Source: Amphiscolops sp. MND2022 (lineage: Eukaryota). From it: a stretch of DNA of 64,000 nucleotides. A program made the translations under genes and the position numbers. The notes under the pieces were generated by a model. That model was not told where the DNA came from. It saw only the letters and a program-made list of their open reading frames with translations, and did not search any database. Location: NCBI GenBank assembly GCA_964187785.1, contig OZ076417.1, positions 22,382,001-22,446,000 of the forward strand. Reading direction: 5' to 3'. Below, piece after piece: positions 49,160 through 60,023 of the stretch. The stretch's first letter is position 1; every line of letters begins with the position of its first letter.

Positions 49160-49875
49160 TGTAACGGAAGCTTGTGGTAAAACGAGTTTTCAGAAAAATC
49201 GACAAAAATTTCGTTCAAATCTGACGTGGCAAATTGAGCATGCTTTGGCCAAAGTACCTGTCAAAAATCAGTTCAGAAGACGAAGCAAGCCGCCCGCGGA
49301 GACGACCGAACGGCAACACAGAGTGTAGAAGCCAATGCGCTCAGAAAATTTATAAATTGACTCTTTTTGAGGTGCTAACTCCGGTTTTTACCGATTTTCA
49401 GCATTGGGCTACCCACAGTAGCAAAAACCGGAAAAATGCGTCTTTTCGCTTGATTAGTCTTTTTTGGAGCTTGTAGCTGTGTGGTTGGCCATATTTGTGC
49501 TTATTTTGATGTGTTTCTACTGTTTTTAGCTAGCCCATGCGCTAGTTTTCGCAGTTTAGATCTTAGTACCCATTTTAGACCTTATTCACATGTCACCCTG
49601 GAATTGGAAATATACACTGTTTATCCTTGGCATTGTTTTTAAAGGCCATTTACACAGTGGATACGAGGAAAAAGCGTATTACATGTGACTAGTAGCAGTT
49701 ACAGACTGGAACAGGCCGGAGAGCATCCTTTAAGACGGTTCCCCCTCCTCGGGACCGGCTACCCACAGGAGGACAAAGTGAGCTGGTGCTATGGTGGTTT
49801 GTCCCGGACCATATCCATAGTGTCAGTTCCTCCACTCCAATGTTTCGTCCCAAACGCTTAGCGCTTGCCGTTACA
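49160..49875 (+). mobile_element. 5' LTR, 716 bp
   Basis: TGTAACGG...GCCGTTACA. Confidence 0.95.
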
Positions 49876-49891
49876 TAGGAACTTCATTTTT

Positions 49892-49909
49892 TGGCGACCA
49901 CAGAGGGAT
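49892..49909 (+). other. Primer-binding site complementary to a tRNA-Arg 3' end
   Basis: TGGCGACCACAGAGGGAT lies 16 nt after the 5' LTR and is absent after the 3' LTR. It matches the GACCAC...GTGGTCG-CCA acceptor stem of metazoan tRNA-Arg(TCG), recalled from memory. Confidence 0.8.
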
Positions 49910-50995
49910 CGTCTTTGGGAAGCTTTCCTTCATGGTTTTAAAATTTCCGGCCCTCTGGTGTTTGACGCCAAGAACGATTTGGCTCTGGAAGGAGGCGTTT
50001 ACCCAGAGTTTTTCCATTTTCCATGTTTCTTAGATGATATGATGTTTTATTTTGGTATTTTTCCAATCTTTCACGGGATTTTTCCGAATACCTATGGTAT
50101 GTTTTGATAACAGGTATTTGTTGACAGGTATGGTCTAAAATTGTACGTTCCCATCAGCGGGTACCTTCGTAATGGCTTAGCGAACCGCTAGAAAGCCGTT
50201 ACGCATGTTGTAACAGGTGTTTTACAGCTCATTTCAGCGTTTTTGGCTATGTACGAGGTAGTCAATTGATGGATGCGCCATATTCCATCTGATTGATAGA
50301 TGAGCTGAAACGAGTGTTCCCGACTCTCCTCTCCCATTTCTGCTACAGATGTCATAGGAGGATGGGATTTGGTGGAAGGGTAGAACAAGTGTTGACATTG
50401 CTGACAGTGCAAACCGTTTCTCTCTAGCTGGTCTGGATGTTGAGAAAAAAGACGACAAATGTACCACCCCTCATTCCGGAAGAATCAATTTTTTGGAGTA
50501 TGGTATGAAAAATTTTTCGGTTGTGTAATTTTTAATGGGGAATCGTTTGTTCATGCTAGTTTCTCCCTGCTGCAACCTAGTGTGTGCTTTTGCAACCGTT
50601 TTCAGTGAGAAAAGTCCGATTTTGGGTGCAAAAGTAGCAAAAACGTCAATTTTGGCATTTTTGAGTGTTTTTCTTGGTACGAGCCTAGGCGCTCTAGCTT
50701 TTATCACAGAAGTTGCAAAAGTAGATGGAAAGCAGCTCAAAACCTCTAGGGTACTGTTACATAATGAAAAGATTACCAAAAAGGCCGTTGGAGTCCTTTT
50801 TGGGACGCATTTTGTATGAAAAAACCCGGTTTTTACCGAAATTGGCAAAAAACCACCATGAAATGCTACTGGGAGAGTGCCAGATAGTGATGGAATCGCC
50901 TCTTCAATGCTGCTATTAGTTCAGGGCACACTTCTCAGTACCAAAAATATAGGATTTAGAAGAGTTTGTAACGTTTTCTTAGTGATCACAGGTCG

Positions 50996-51362
50996 AAAAA
51001 CCTTGACTTTTGGTCAGTTTCAGGAGTGCCAGAGTGCATAATTAAAACCGCTAGGGCACTCATTGTTTTCGTGACCTGGGAGCCTGCGCGTTCTCATTTT
51101 CTGTTTATACAAAAAAATAACGCATTGCGGTGAAAACCGCGTGCAAGAATTCCTTTTCAGTGCTGAGAAAAGTTGAAACACCTTGATTTTTAGTCAGTTT
51201 CAGGAGTTTCTGAGTACACAATCAAAACCCCCTGGGCACTCCTTCTTTTTGTTAGCTAGGAACCTATGCGCTCTCATTTTCTGTTTTTATAATTAAAAAA
51301 TCGCATTGTGGGGAAAACCGCGTGCAAAATTTTCCATTCAGTGCTGAGAAAAGTGGAAAAAC
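50996..51362. repeat. Internal tandem duplication, two units of about 183 bp
   Basis: CCTTGA..GTCAGTTTCAGGAGT..GGGCACTC..CTCATTTTCTGTTT..AAAACCGCGTGCAA..TTCAGTGCTGAGAAAAGT occurs twice. Confidence 0.9.
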
Positions 51363-54006
51363 GCACTGAATTTAATCAAATTTCCACAAAACCGGACTGT
51401 CCAATTGTTAGGGTCGGGTCACAGATTCCCGAGCCCTAGCAGAAAAGTGGTTGCATTTTCGCAACTACCACTGAAATAAACGTTCGCACCGAAAGTTTGG
51501 TGGATCTAGCGTCAACCAAAGTCGAAAAAATCTCTCTGACGTCTCTGACGTTTCGACATCAGAACGAGCTAAAATAGCCGAAATTTTGTAAAACTTTAGG
51601 ACCAATAGTGCCCTACACCGGACGAGCACGGCTAATTAAAAGCTTGCGGCAGTACTGTGACCAGTGGGGCAACGCGTTAACCCCGCTGACCCTGCCGTAA
51701 CATTTGTAGTGTCGACCCTCTTAACCGATTTGTGAAAAAAAGCGTCAAAAAAGACCGTTTTTTCTGAGATTGTGTCCACTACTACCCGAAGTCCCCGGTA
51801 AGCTCGAGAGCTTCCATTGGACTATCAAACCAGCATCGTTGGTGCCCACTGGCAACGCTTGCCAAGTTTTGTGTCGATTGGTATTATAGTCATCGAGAAA
51901 TAGCCGAAAACGTACTGTCCAAAATAGGGTACAAAAAGGCCGTTTTTTTCAATTTTTTTCTGGAAAGACCCGAGCACCTTAGCCGAAACGTGAGGGCAAA
52001 TCGTTGCTAACCAACGTAACCGATACTAGTTAGCACACTGCTAGCGGAAAAACCAGACCGCTGAGTGCAACCAGTGCCCAGAAATTGTGTGATCAGAGTG
52101 CATTTTGACCTCTACTGATACACGGGAGTACCGCACGTCTGTACACAGGCGAAAGTGTGTACAAGCCTCGGAGCCCAAATCAGTGCCCAATTCCGTGTAC
52201 CTACGTGCGTGCAGGATCCCCTGGTCAATTTTGAGCCAGATCTGACTGTCGAGTGACGAATCCGAGCAACTTGTGTTTTTTTGTACTCTCCGAGAAAGTT
52301 CAAAATTTGTTGTAAACGTCACGTGCTTGTCTCAGAGAACGTGTTACTCTGAACCAAACTCATTTTCTAAACTTGTGGGTTGGTACCAACTGCTTGAGTG
52401 AATTTGAACTCGCTCCGACCCATAGAAGTGATTTCGACCAACTTGAGACGTGCATATCGTGATTTTCACTTAAGGTTTCACCGAGACGAAAATTGGGAAA
52501 GTGGGGTTAAACCCAGCCATACGAGTTAGAAACCTGCTGAAAACCCCCTGTCAGAACTCTTGGTCGTGAATTCATTGCTATTCGTGCGATTCGTGGTCAG
52601 TATTTACTCTGCTGATTTGCTGGGACATAGCATCTTGTTGCTTACAGTTGTGATATCCTGTGTATTGTAACGAATTGGACCTTTTTTGGGAGTTATCGGC
52701 GCACCTCATCGAAAAATTGGGACCAAAATTGCTCTGGACGATTGTTGTCAGTGTCATTTGGTGCACTGTTGTTGAAAAAGTGCGCTCGAGAGCTCAGCAT
52801 TGTGGACGAGAGTCATTGATTGCACACTGAAAAATCGTATCAGTTGAGACACGTCGATACGGAAAGCCTGTACTGTCTGAAACTGATCCATACGTCTGAG
52901 ACCCCATCGGTGCTTATTGCAGTGCACCTGGTTATACGAGGGACCGCGTGGCTACATTTTGAGCCCGATCCTACGTTTCCACTCTTAGTACGAGCCACTT
53001 GAGTAATTTTCAAAAAATTTGAAAACTTCAAAAAATTGGTTAAAAAGTCTCTTGCTTGTAGCTGGAGGTATTTATCAGCTTTGTCAGGTCATTTTTCCAT
53101 TTTGTGAGACTGAGCAGAGGTGTTGTGCATAATTCTACCCAGTACGCCTGATAGAACTGAGTTTGACTGTGCTCAGAGGCACGTTTGGGCCAAAATCCCG
53201 AAAAACCGTCGGAAAAACGAAAACATAAAAGCTTAGTACTCCCTCTGTACGCACGTAAGAGACCAAAAACTTTCATTTTCCAACCAAAGGGACCTGGTAG
53301 GCCTTCCTGGGTGCAAACGAGGCAAATCTCACGGTTCAAAAAAATTGCCGGCAGGGGTCATAAATTTTGACTGAAACTTTGGAATTTGGTTCTGATAAAG
53401 TCTCAATCGGAGGTTTTAAGTGATTGCGACGCACTTCCGACAGAATTTTTTCATCGAGAACGTCTCAAGGCGTTACGTTGTGAGCCCAAACAGGGGTTTG
53501 AAATTCCTGAAACTACCCTGAGGGATCCAACTTAACCAAGATTACGAGATTTTGATAGGTGTCACCTCCTAGAGACAACAATTTAAACAAGTTGCCCGAG
53601 TGTGAACCCTTTTTGACCACTCTGGTGCCCTAATTCAGTGTTTTTCTGCTATGCCAAGTAAAACAAACACCGAATAACAGGTCACTTCTGCAGAGAACAC
53701 TTTTGGGTGATTGCAACACACCCAAATTGCTTGATGTTGAGAGGTCCATAGACAACTCGACTGTTTGTTTCGTGTACACTATCCGACACCACCGCATCAA
53801 TGTTCTCGAGCGCACAATTTTCTAGCTCAACGCACAGCGTGAAAGGCGTGGAGCAATTTTTAGCACGCTGTGACACTTAGAACTCATCTTGACTGTGACC
53901 CTGAGACTAATTTTGGGTACTAAAAGAGTTCTAGTCAGGCAGTTTGAAACTATCTGAAGCTGGAATGAATTTGTGGAAGGTCCTAGACCGCTTCCTTTTT
54001 TTTCAA

Positions 54007-55261
54007 GGGGGAAGAGGATGTCAGTGCAGCAGCACCAATAGCTGAACCCGTCTTGAAAGCAGAAAGTGAATCTCTGATGGTAGATGAACATGACCGATCG
54101 ACTAAGTTAGAGGATCTGAACTTGGAAGATTGGCCTTTGGAGGATAGTTTCAAACTTGTCTCCGATTTTCTAGACTCAATGCCTGATAACTCGCGCGTTA
54201 CCGAGCCAGAGATGAACTTAAGGGCTTCTAGTCCTAGTTCAGTATCGTCGTCGAGAATGTCTTTTCTCCATGAAACCAGTTTTCAGACTTGTCAGGCAGT
54301 GAACCAAAAGCTGGAGACCCTAGAGCAGCAGATGGATGAGTTATCAATCTTGTTGACACAAAGCGATCTACGCAGAGAGAAATTGCTAGCTCGAGCGCTA
54401 GCGGAATTTCAGTCGATAAGTGTAGCAGCACACTTCGAAAGTGCCACTATCAATATTCCAAACAACTCCGAAGTAGAACCAATGACACCGCCTACAAAAG
54501 ATATGGGGGTAGACCCTATGTTTTTGGACACTACAACCATGGGCATTGCTGATACGCTACCCATTTATCACCTTTCTGATTATGGATTGCTCGAGGGCAA
54601 TCCCTGCACAAGTGATACGGAAGATGAACTGATAACAACCTTACCCTCCACTTCATCATTGAAGGGGGAGAGGGTACCCTGAACTCCAAACTCTTGCTCT
54701 GCAACAAATTGCGGAACGAGGATTCTATCTGCCAATGCTGTGTTGGAAGCTGAAACAGCACCAACACCAAACCTTCTTCAAAATCACCTATCGACATATC
54801 CAATGGATCCGGTTTGCGACTCTCACTTCCCTGGAACAAAGTCCCCATTATCAATTTCGAAGTTGATGCCGGATTTGTTGAAAGAATCTATTGTGCCACG
54901 TTCTGCCAAACATGGTCTGCAGAATATTATTTTGGCAAACTCACGAATCTTCGTCAGAGGCTTGCCTGGTGGTTCAGCTGAAACTCGACCAGCTGGACAT
55001 AGACGTGGTCGACCACCGCGCTTTCCTTGTGAGCACTCATGGCAAAAAGTGCTCCTATCTTTTTATGACGGACGTCGTCGTGGTCGTCCACCACGCTCAG
55101 CTGCAGAAACCCTTCTACTGTCATTGTCACACCAATCGAAGGGACATAGGCGTGGCCGCCCGCCGAATAATTATCTAAGATCGTGTCCAATACCCAATTT
55201 ATCGTTCTGCATTTTGGGTATTGGGCAATATTTTTGTCTAATTCCTGCTATCCTCATATGA
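54007..55261 (+). pseudogene. Coiled-coil + triple AT-hook reading frame (one in-frame TGA at 54680); probably extends upstream to about 53400
   Basis: ORFs 54053-54682 and 54740-55261 share a frame; VNQKLETLEQQMDELSILL heptads; RRGRPP at about 55001, 55076 and 55148. Confidence 0.7.
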
Positions 55262-56381
55262 AGGTGGGTGCTCAACGACTAAGACCCGGGGAGTCAACTA
55301 AGGCCCGAGGAGCCTCAGTTGAGGAAAAACACCCTATACACTTCAACTCAATGGGACAACGCCCGGAGGATATCACAACGTTTGGTAATGGACACCTTGC
55401 AGCGTGATATTCTAATTGGAGCAGTTACTTCTGCAACTTTATTTCGTATTTTTAGTAGTCATGTAAACGTACGTTGCGACATTTTTGTTTCTAGTTTTAT
55501 TTGAAAAGCTCGAATTAGAATACTTCTGTTAATTCAATAAGTAACACAGAAACTCTAAAAAACTCTACAGGTATTGCTTCGCCCAGAAGGTGCTATTTTT
55601 GTTTGTGCGTAAAAATTTCCCAAGGTTTACAGTTTTTCCCCACGTTTCAACGTGACACACAAAAAATGTGGAGCTCGCGCGCTCCAGACATCTGAATTGC
55701 AAGATTTTGTCTATTCTGGCGTACTTCATTCAAGTGCTTACACTTACGAGCAGTTCGTAGTTTGCTTATACGCAGCTTAACCGATGCTACTGAACTCTTT
55801 ACAGGTATGGAGTTTCACATCAGTGCGTGTGGCCCAAACTAAGCTAAACTGTGAACAAAAAGTATCGAAAAAACAGCTTGTATTCCTTTTAAACAGTGGT
55901 TTTTCCGCTGAAAAGAAGTTTTACCGAGAACATCTTTTAACTTTCTGGAAACTGGATTTTACTGCCGTAGAAAATAAGTTTTACATGAGAACCACGCGCG
56001 TTTTGGAGCCTGAGGACTCAAAAAAAGAAATTTTAGACGTCCAAACAACCATTGTGCTAGAAAGATCCTATTCAAAATTGGTGCAAATAAAACTTGTGCT
56101 TACATATTGGTGCTTTTTTGGGATTTTATCAGTTTCAAGGTGCATTTTGAGTACTTTTTTCAAACTCGAGGGCTAGCTCTGTTTCAACAGTTTGTGGACG
56201 ATGCAGGTTCCTGGATTGCAAGAAGCAAGGTCTCAAGGTTGCCCAATCAGTGAAAAATGACAGTGCCACTGGACCCTTGCAAAAAACATCAGTTTGAACT
56301 CCCAGTGGATTGCAATGATGTGGAGATGCTTCCAGCTTCTTCGCATGACAGGGACGTCATGCCTAAAACCCGGGGAGTGGA

Positions 56382-57110
56382 TGTAACGGAAGCCTGTGGT
56401 ACAACGAGTTTTCAGAAAAATCGACCAAAAATTCGTTCAAATCTGACGTGGCAAATTGAGCATGCTTTGGCCAAAGTACCTGTCAAAAATCAGTTCAGAA
56501 GACGAAGCAAGCCGCCCGCGGAGACGACCGAACGGGAACACGGAGTGTAGAAGCCAATGCGCTCAGAAAATTTATAAATAGACTCTTTTTGAGGTGCTAA
56601 CTCCGGTTTTTACCGATTTTCAGCATTGTGCTACCCACAGTAGCAAGAACCGGAAAAATGCGTCTCTTCGCTTGATTAGTCTTTTTTGGAGCTTGTAGCT
56701 GTGTGGTTGGCCATATTTGTGCTTATTTTGATGTGTTTCTACTGTTTTTAGCTAGCCCATGCGCTAGTTTTCGCAGTTTAGATCTTAGTACCCATTTTAG
56801 ACCTTATTCACATGTCACCCTGGAATTTCACCCTGGAATTGGAAATTTACACTGTTTATCCTTGGCATTGTTTTTAAAGGCCATTTACACAGTGGATACG
56901 AGGAAAAAGCGTATTACATGTGACTAGTAGTAGTTACAGACTGGAACAGGCCGGAGAGCATCCTTTAAGACGGTTCCCCCTCCTCGGGACCGGCTACCCA
57001 CAGGAGGACAAAGTGAGCTGCTGCTATGGTGGTTTGTCCCGGACCATATCCATAGTGTCAGTTCCTCCACTCCAATGTTTCGTCCCAAACGCTTAGCGCT
57101 TGCCGTTACA
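56382..57110 (+). mobile_element. 3' LTR, 729 bp, with PPT CCCGGGGAGTGGA immediately upstream
   Basis: Matches the 5' LTR apart from roughly a dozen substitutions and a 13-bp duplication (TCACCCTGGAATT). Confidence 0.95.
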
Positions 57111-57317
57111 TTTTGTTATAGCAGTAACCACTTTGCAGTGTGACTTTCGATCATTTCGAGAAAAATTAACAATAATTCAGCAAAAGCTGCCAAAAAATGA
57201 TGGTTGCTACCTTTTCAATTTGGCGATTGTATTGGGCCTTTGGTTGTGGAATATCTTGTAATTTCATCAGTGTATGCGTTAATTCACTACATTATCCTAA
57301 TTTGCTTTTTATGGCTC

Positions 57318-57480
57318 CAGGCTGACCATAGACTGAACCATATATGGCCCAGAATATGGTCAGGCTGGAACCATAAACCTTTATGGTCCAGAGTATGATC
57401 AGCCTGGGATCATACTGTTAGTATGATGGCAGAGTATGATTGACCTGCTTTTGTATGGGAGAAAAACCCGGGACCATATA
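57318..57480. repeat. Degenerate palindromic minisatellite (CCATA..TATGG / ATGGTCAGGCTGG); related stretch at 48840-48932
   Basis: ATGATCAGCCTGG-ATCATA shared between about 48912 and about 57397. Confidence 0.65.
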
Positions 57481-58699
57481 TCGCCCTCATGTCTGAGTGT
57501 GCAAGAATACATGACAAGATCTTTGTACAAAACTTCAGGTCCAAACCTGACCCTACGCTAAGAATTATCTGTTAGATAGACTTTTCAGTAATCATTTTAA
57601 TCCCTACTTCGCTCAAACTTCTGACAGGCATCACGATAGCTGGAATCAATCAACTCCTCAAACAGCACCAAACATCCGCAGCTCTATCAAAAACACTTGT
57701 CTCCATCACCGAAGTTCTGAGTACTGGAGAATGTTTGTTTCTGGTTACACCCAGTAAATTTTCCATCGACGAATGAAATGAGGCATATGGTGACATTTTG
57801 GGTTAGTGGAGCTGTTGAAATAATCGTGATGTTGTAATCTTTCGTGAACATGGTTGGCCGCAGTTGATTTGGTAACTCCTGAAACTCGGAGTGATGATGG
57901 TAATCTTGTGTCTTCTGCATAACTGGAGCACTGCCATGACCTTAGAATTTATGAATTCTGTTTGATCTGACTGTTCAGTTGTTTCGTTTCCCAGTTTTCT
58001 TGGTATCCTTCGTACTAGTCTCCCCAGGCCGAGAGTACACGATGACACTCTTATGGACGAGATCTGATCCGTCTGATCCATCCGATCTGTATTTTTGCAT
58101 CTCAGTTTTGAAACTAAACCAAATTGCTGGAAACAAAGCACTATCTAATTTTTAACACATTGCATATGAAAATTTCTTTTGACCTCTTCTCGTGTCTTTC
58201 CTTTGAATGTGCTTTCTGGAAAAAAAATTTGGCACACACACCTCAATAAGGTACTTCTGCACTAAGTGGGGTATTAAAGGGAAACAACGAAACCTGTAAT
58301 GCTCCTCAGCGTCACGAGCCTCCAGGTGTAAATGACTGGGTCATTTTTAATCTTTGCAAATGATGGGTCCATTGAAGTACGGTAACCAAACCCGACAGAG
58401 ATTCGCATCCAAGTGTGCTAAGTGTTTTGCAGGTAAACACTGTGCTCCGTAAGAAAATAGTTTTCTTTGGCCAGATATCCTGTTCAATTCAGGCACTGTT
58501 CATTTAAGCAGTACCCAAAAGCTTTAGCATGCCTCTAGCCGACAAAATTCATTCCCAAGATCAAAAACACGTGCCCATATTTGTCAGATATTGTTCTGTG
58601 GTGCGCACTACTGTCTTGTTTAGAAAAATCACCGCGAGGAACAACCGACAGAAACCAAAGGTTAGTGCAATGTGTGACAAGCGCACTCGGGATGGGGTC

Positions 58700-59900
58700 A
58701 GGGGAAATCTAACGCCTACACTCAAAAACCCACAACACAAAAGTGAAATGGACAGACGAAGCACGAAATTACATGACAATCTTTTTTGAAATTTTGCGAA
58801 TTGTGACTACGAAACTGTCAGTTTCAATGTCACCATACACTCCGCGGCTCCCGTTATCAAACATCATCAGAAGGATATAGGCTCTCTTCCAGACCCAAGG
58901 AACGCCTAATAGTTTTTCAATATCGGTATATTTTGTTCTACATAAAACTGTCGTGCTTTCCCAACACCTCTAGTGCTGGCCTGGATGGCATTGCCCAACA
59001 AACTTTAAAAGACTTGATCGTATTTAGAAACTGGATTAGAACTTGGGCCAAAGTAATATTTGAAGGACAGATACCTGACGACTTCCTACGGTGTTTTGAT
59101 CCTGATATTATTGATTCGGAAACGACTGACGGAGGACTTACCCCAAACGTCATTGGCAAAACCGTCCGCAGTCCGCCCGCGAGAAGTAACGATTATCATG
59201 TGTTTGAATGAGGACAAACACGTTACGATATTCGCCAGGTATGTGTGGGTCCTAAGAGAGACGCCAAATTGGCATCACGTGTTTTTTTTTTACTTTGGTT
59301 GAGATCACCCAACCCAAGGAGAACGCAATTTTGTGAAGTGTTGTTTGGAAAAATTAGTTTGAGAAGTGTTTTTTTGCGGTTTGTTGGTCAGTGCATTGTG
59401 TGATTGCGCCCTGCAGGGAAATCCAAATTTCTTTTCTGATGTCAGGGTTTGATGGCGACTATAGCACTTTCTTTAAAGACTTCGAAAAAATCTTAGCGCA
59501 GATAAAATCTAGGAATGTAAATCAAAAGTGCGAAATGTTTCTTTTGTGTGACCTCACAGGAAAGTTCCAATGTTCAAAACTCCAACGAAAGGCTGTTTGG
59601 TTTTTCTTGGCTCCCTTTTGGTCTCGAAAGAACATGCTCAAATACTGGAGAAGAAACTAGACGAGTTGAAAAAAGCGAACGAAGTTGTTGCAAAATTAGA
59701 TCCACATTACGAAATTTATCTTTTGCAAAACCCTATCGAGAAATGTTCCCTCAATTTGGATTATATTGAAAAGAGCCTAGTCAACCTGTTCTCTGCCAAA
59801 ACATATTAACCCTTGCAAAAAACTTTGGTTCAACGAAGCTGTCAAAACAAGCTCTCCGACAAATCTTCGCCTTCAACATGTACGAAAGAAGTCGCACATC
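58700..59900 (+). mobile_element. CRE-like (RLE-type) non-LTR retrotransposon RT remnant
   Basis: FPNTSSAGLDGIAQQTLKDL; GQIPDD..DGGLTPNVIGKTVR (about GG+RPIAVG.TLRR); NQKCEMF; FLGSLL..KKLDELK..LDPHYEIYLL. Confidence 0.75.
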
Positions 59901-60023
59901 GCCTAAAATAGATCTTTGTGAATAGTTTCGTTGCAAAAAAACTAGAGTACTTCGCTAATCGACTAACGAAGCTCTTATGTTTGGTAAATGCTTTTCCGAG
60001 AAATGAAAAATTGAATAGACTAA

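Larger units (their letters stand above)
49160..57110 (+). mobile_element. Non-autonomous LTR retroelement, about 7.95 kb, without recognisable gag-pol
   Basis: Near-identical LTRs, 18-nt tRNA-Arg PBS and PPT; internal region has only a decayed AT-hook ORF and structured non-coding DNA. Confidence 0.88.

Noticed and set aside
49892-49909. tRNA gene
   Set aside because: Only the 18-nt complement of a tRNA 3' end; no cloverleaf.
54000-54007. Splice acceptor at the T-run before the AT-hook ORF
   Set aside because: Upstream sequence reads as continuous protein with a one-base slip in the T-run, so a frameshift is equally or more likely.
56200-56370. BEL-type integrase tail before the PPT (also 7310-7420)
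   Set aside because: Resemblance (DGK..V..KTAG) is too weak and inconsistent between the two copies to assign a superfamily.
57318-57480. Palindromic repeats as a CRISPR array
   Set aside because: Units are degenerate and adjacent, with no unique spacers and no cas genes, in a eukaryotic context.
57687-58141. FN3-like exon on the minus strand
   Set aside because: Requires switching frames and only weak motifs (YNITI, KVMAV) are present; cannot be supported.
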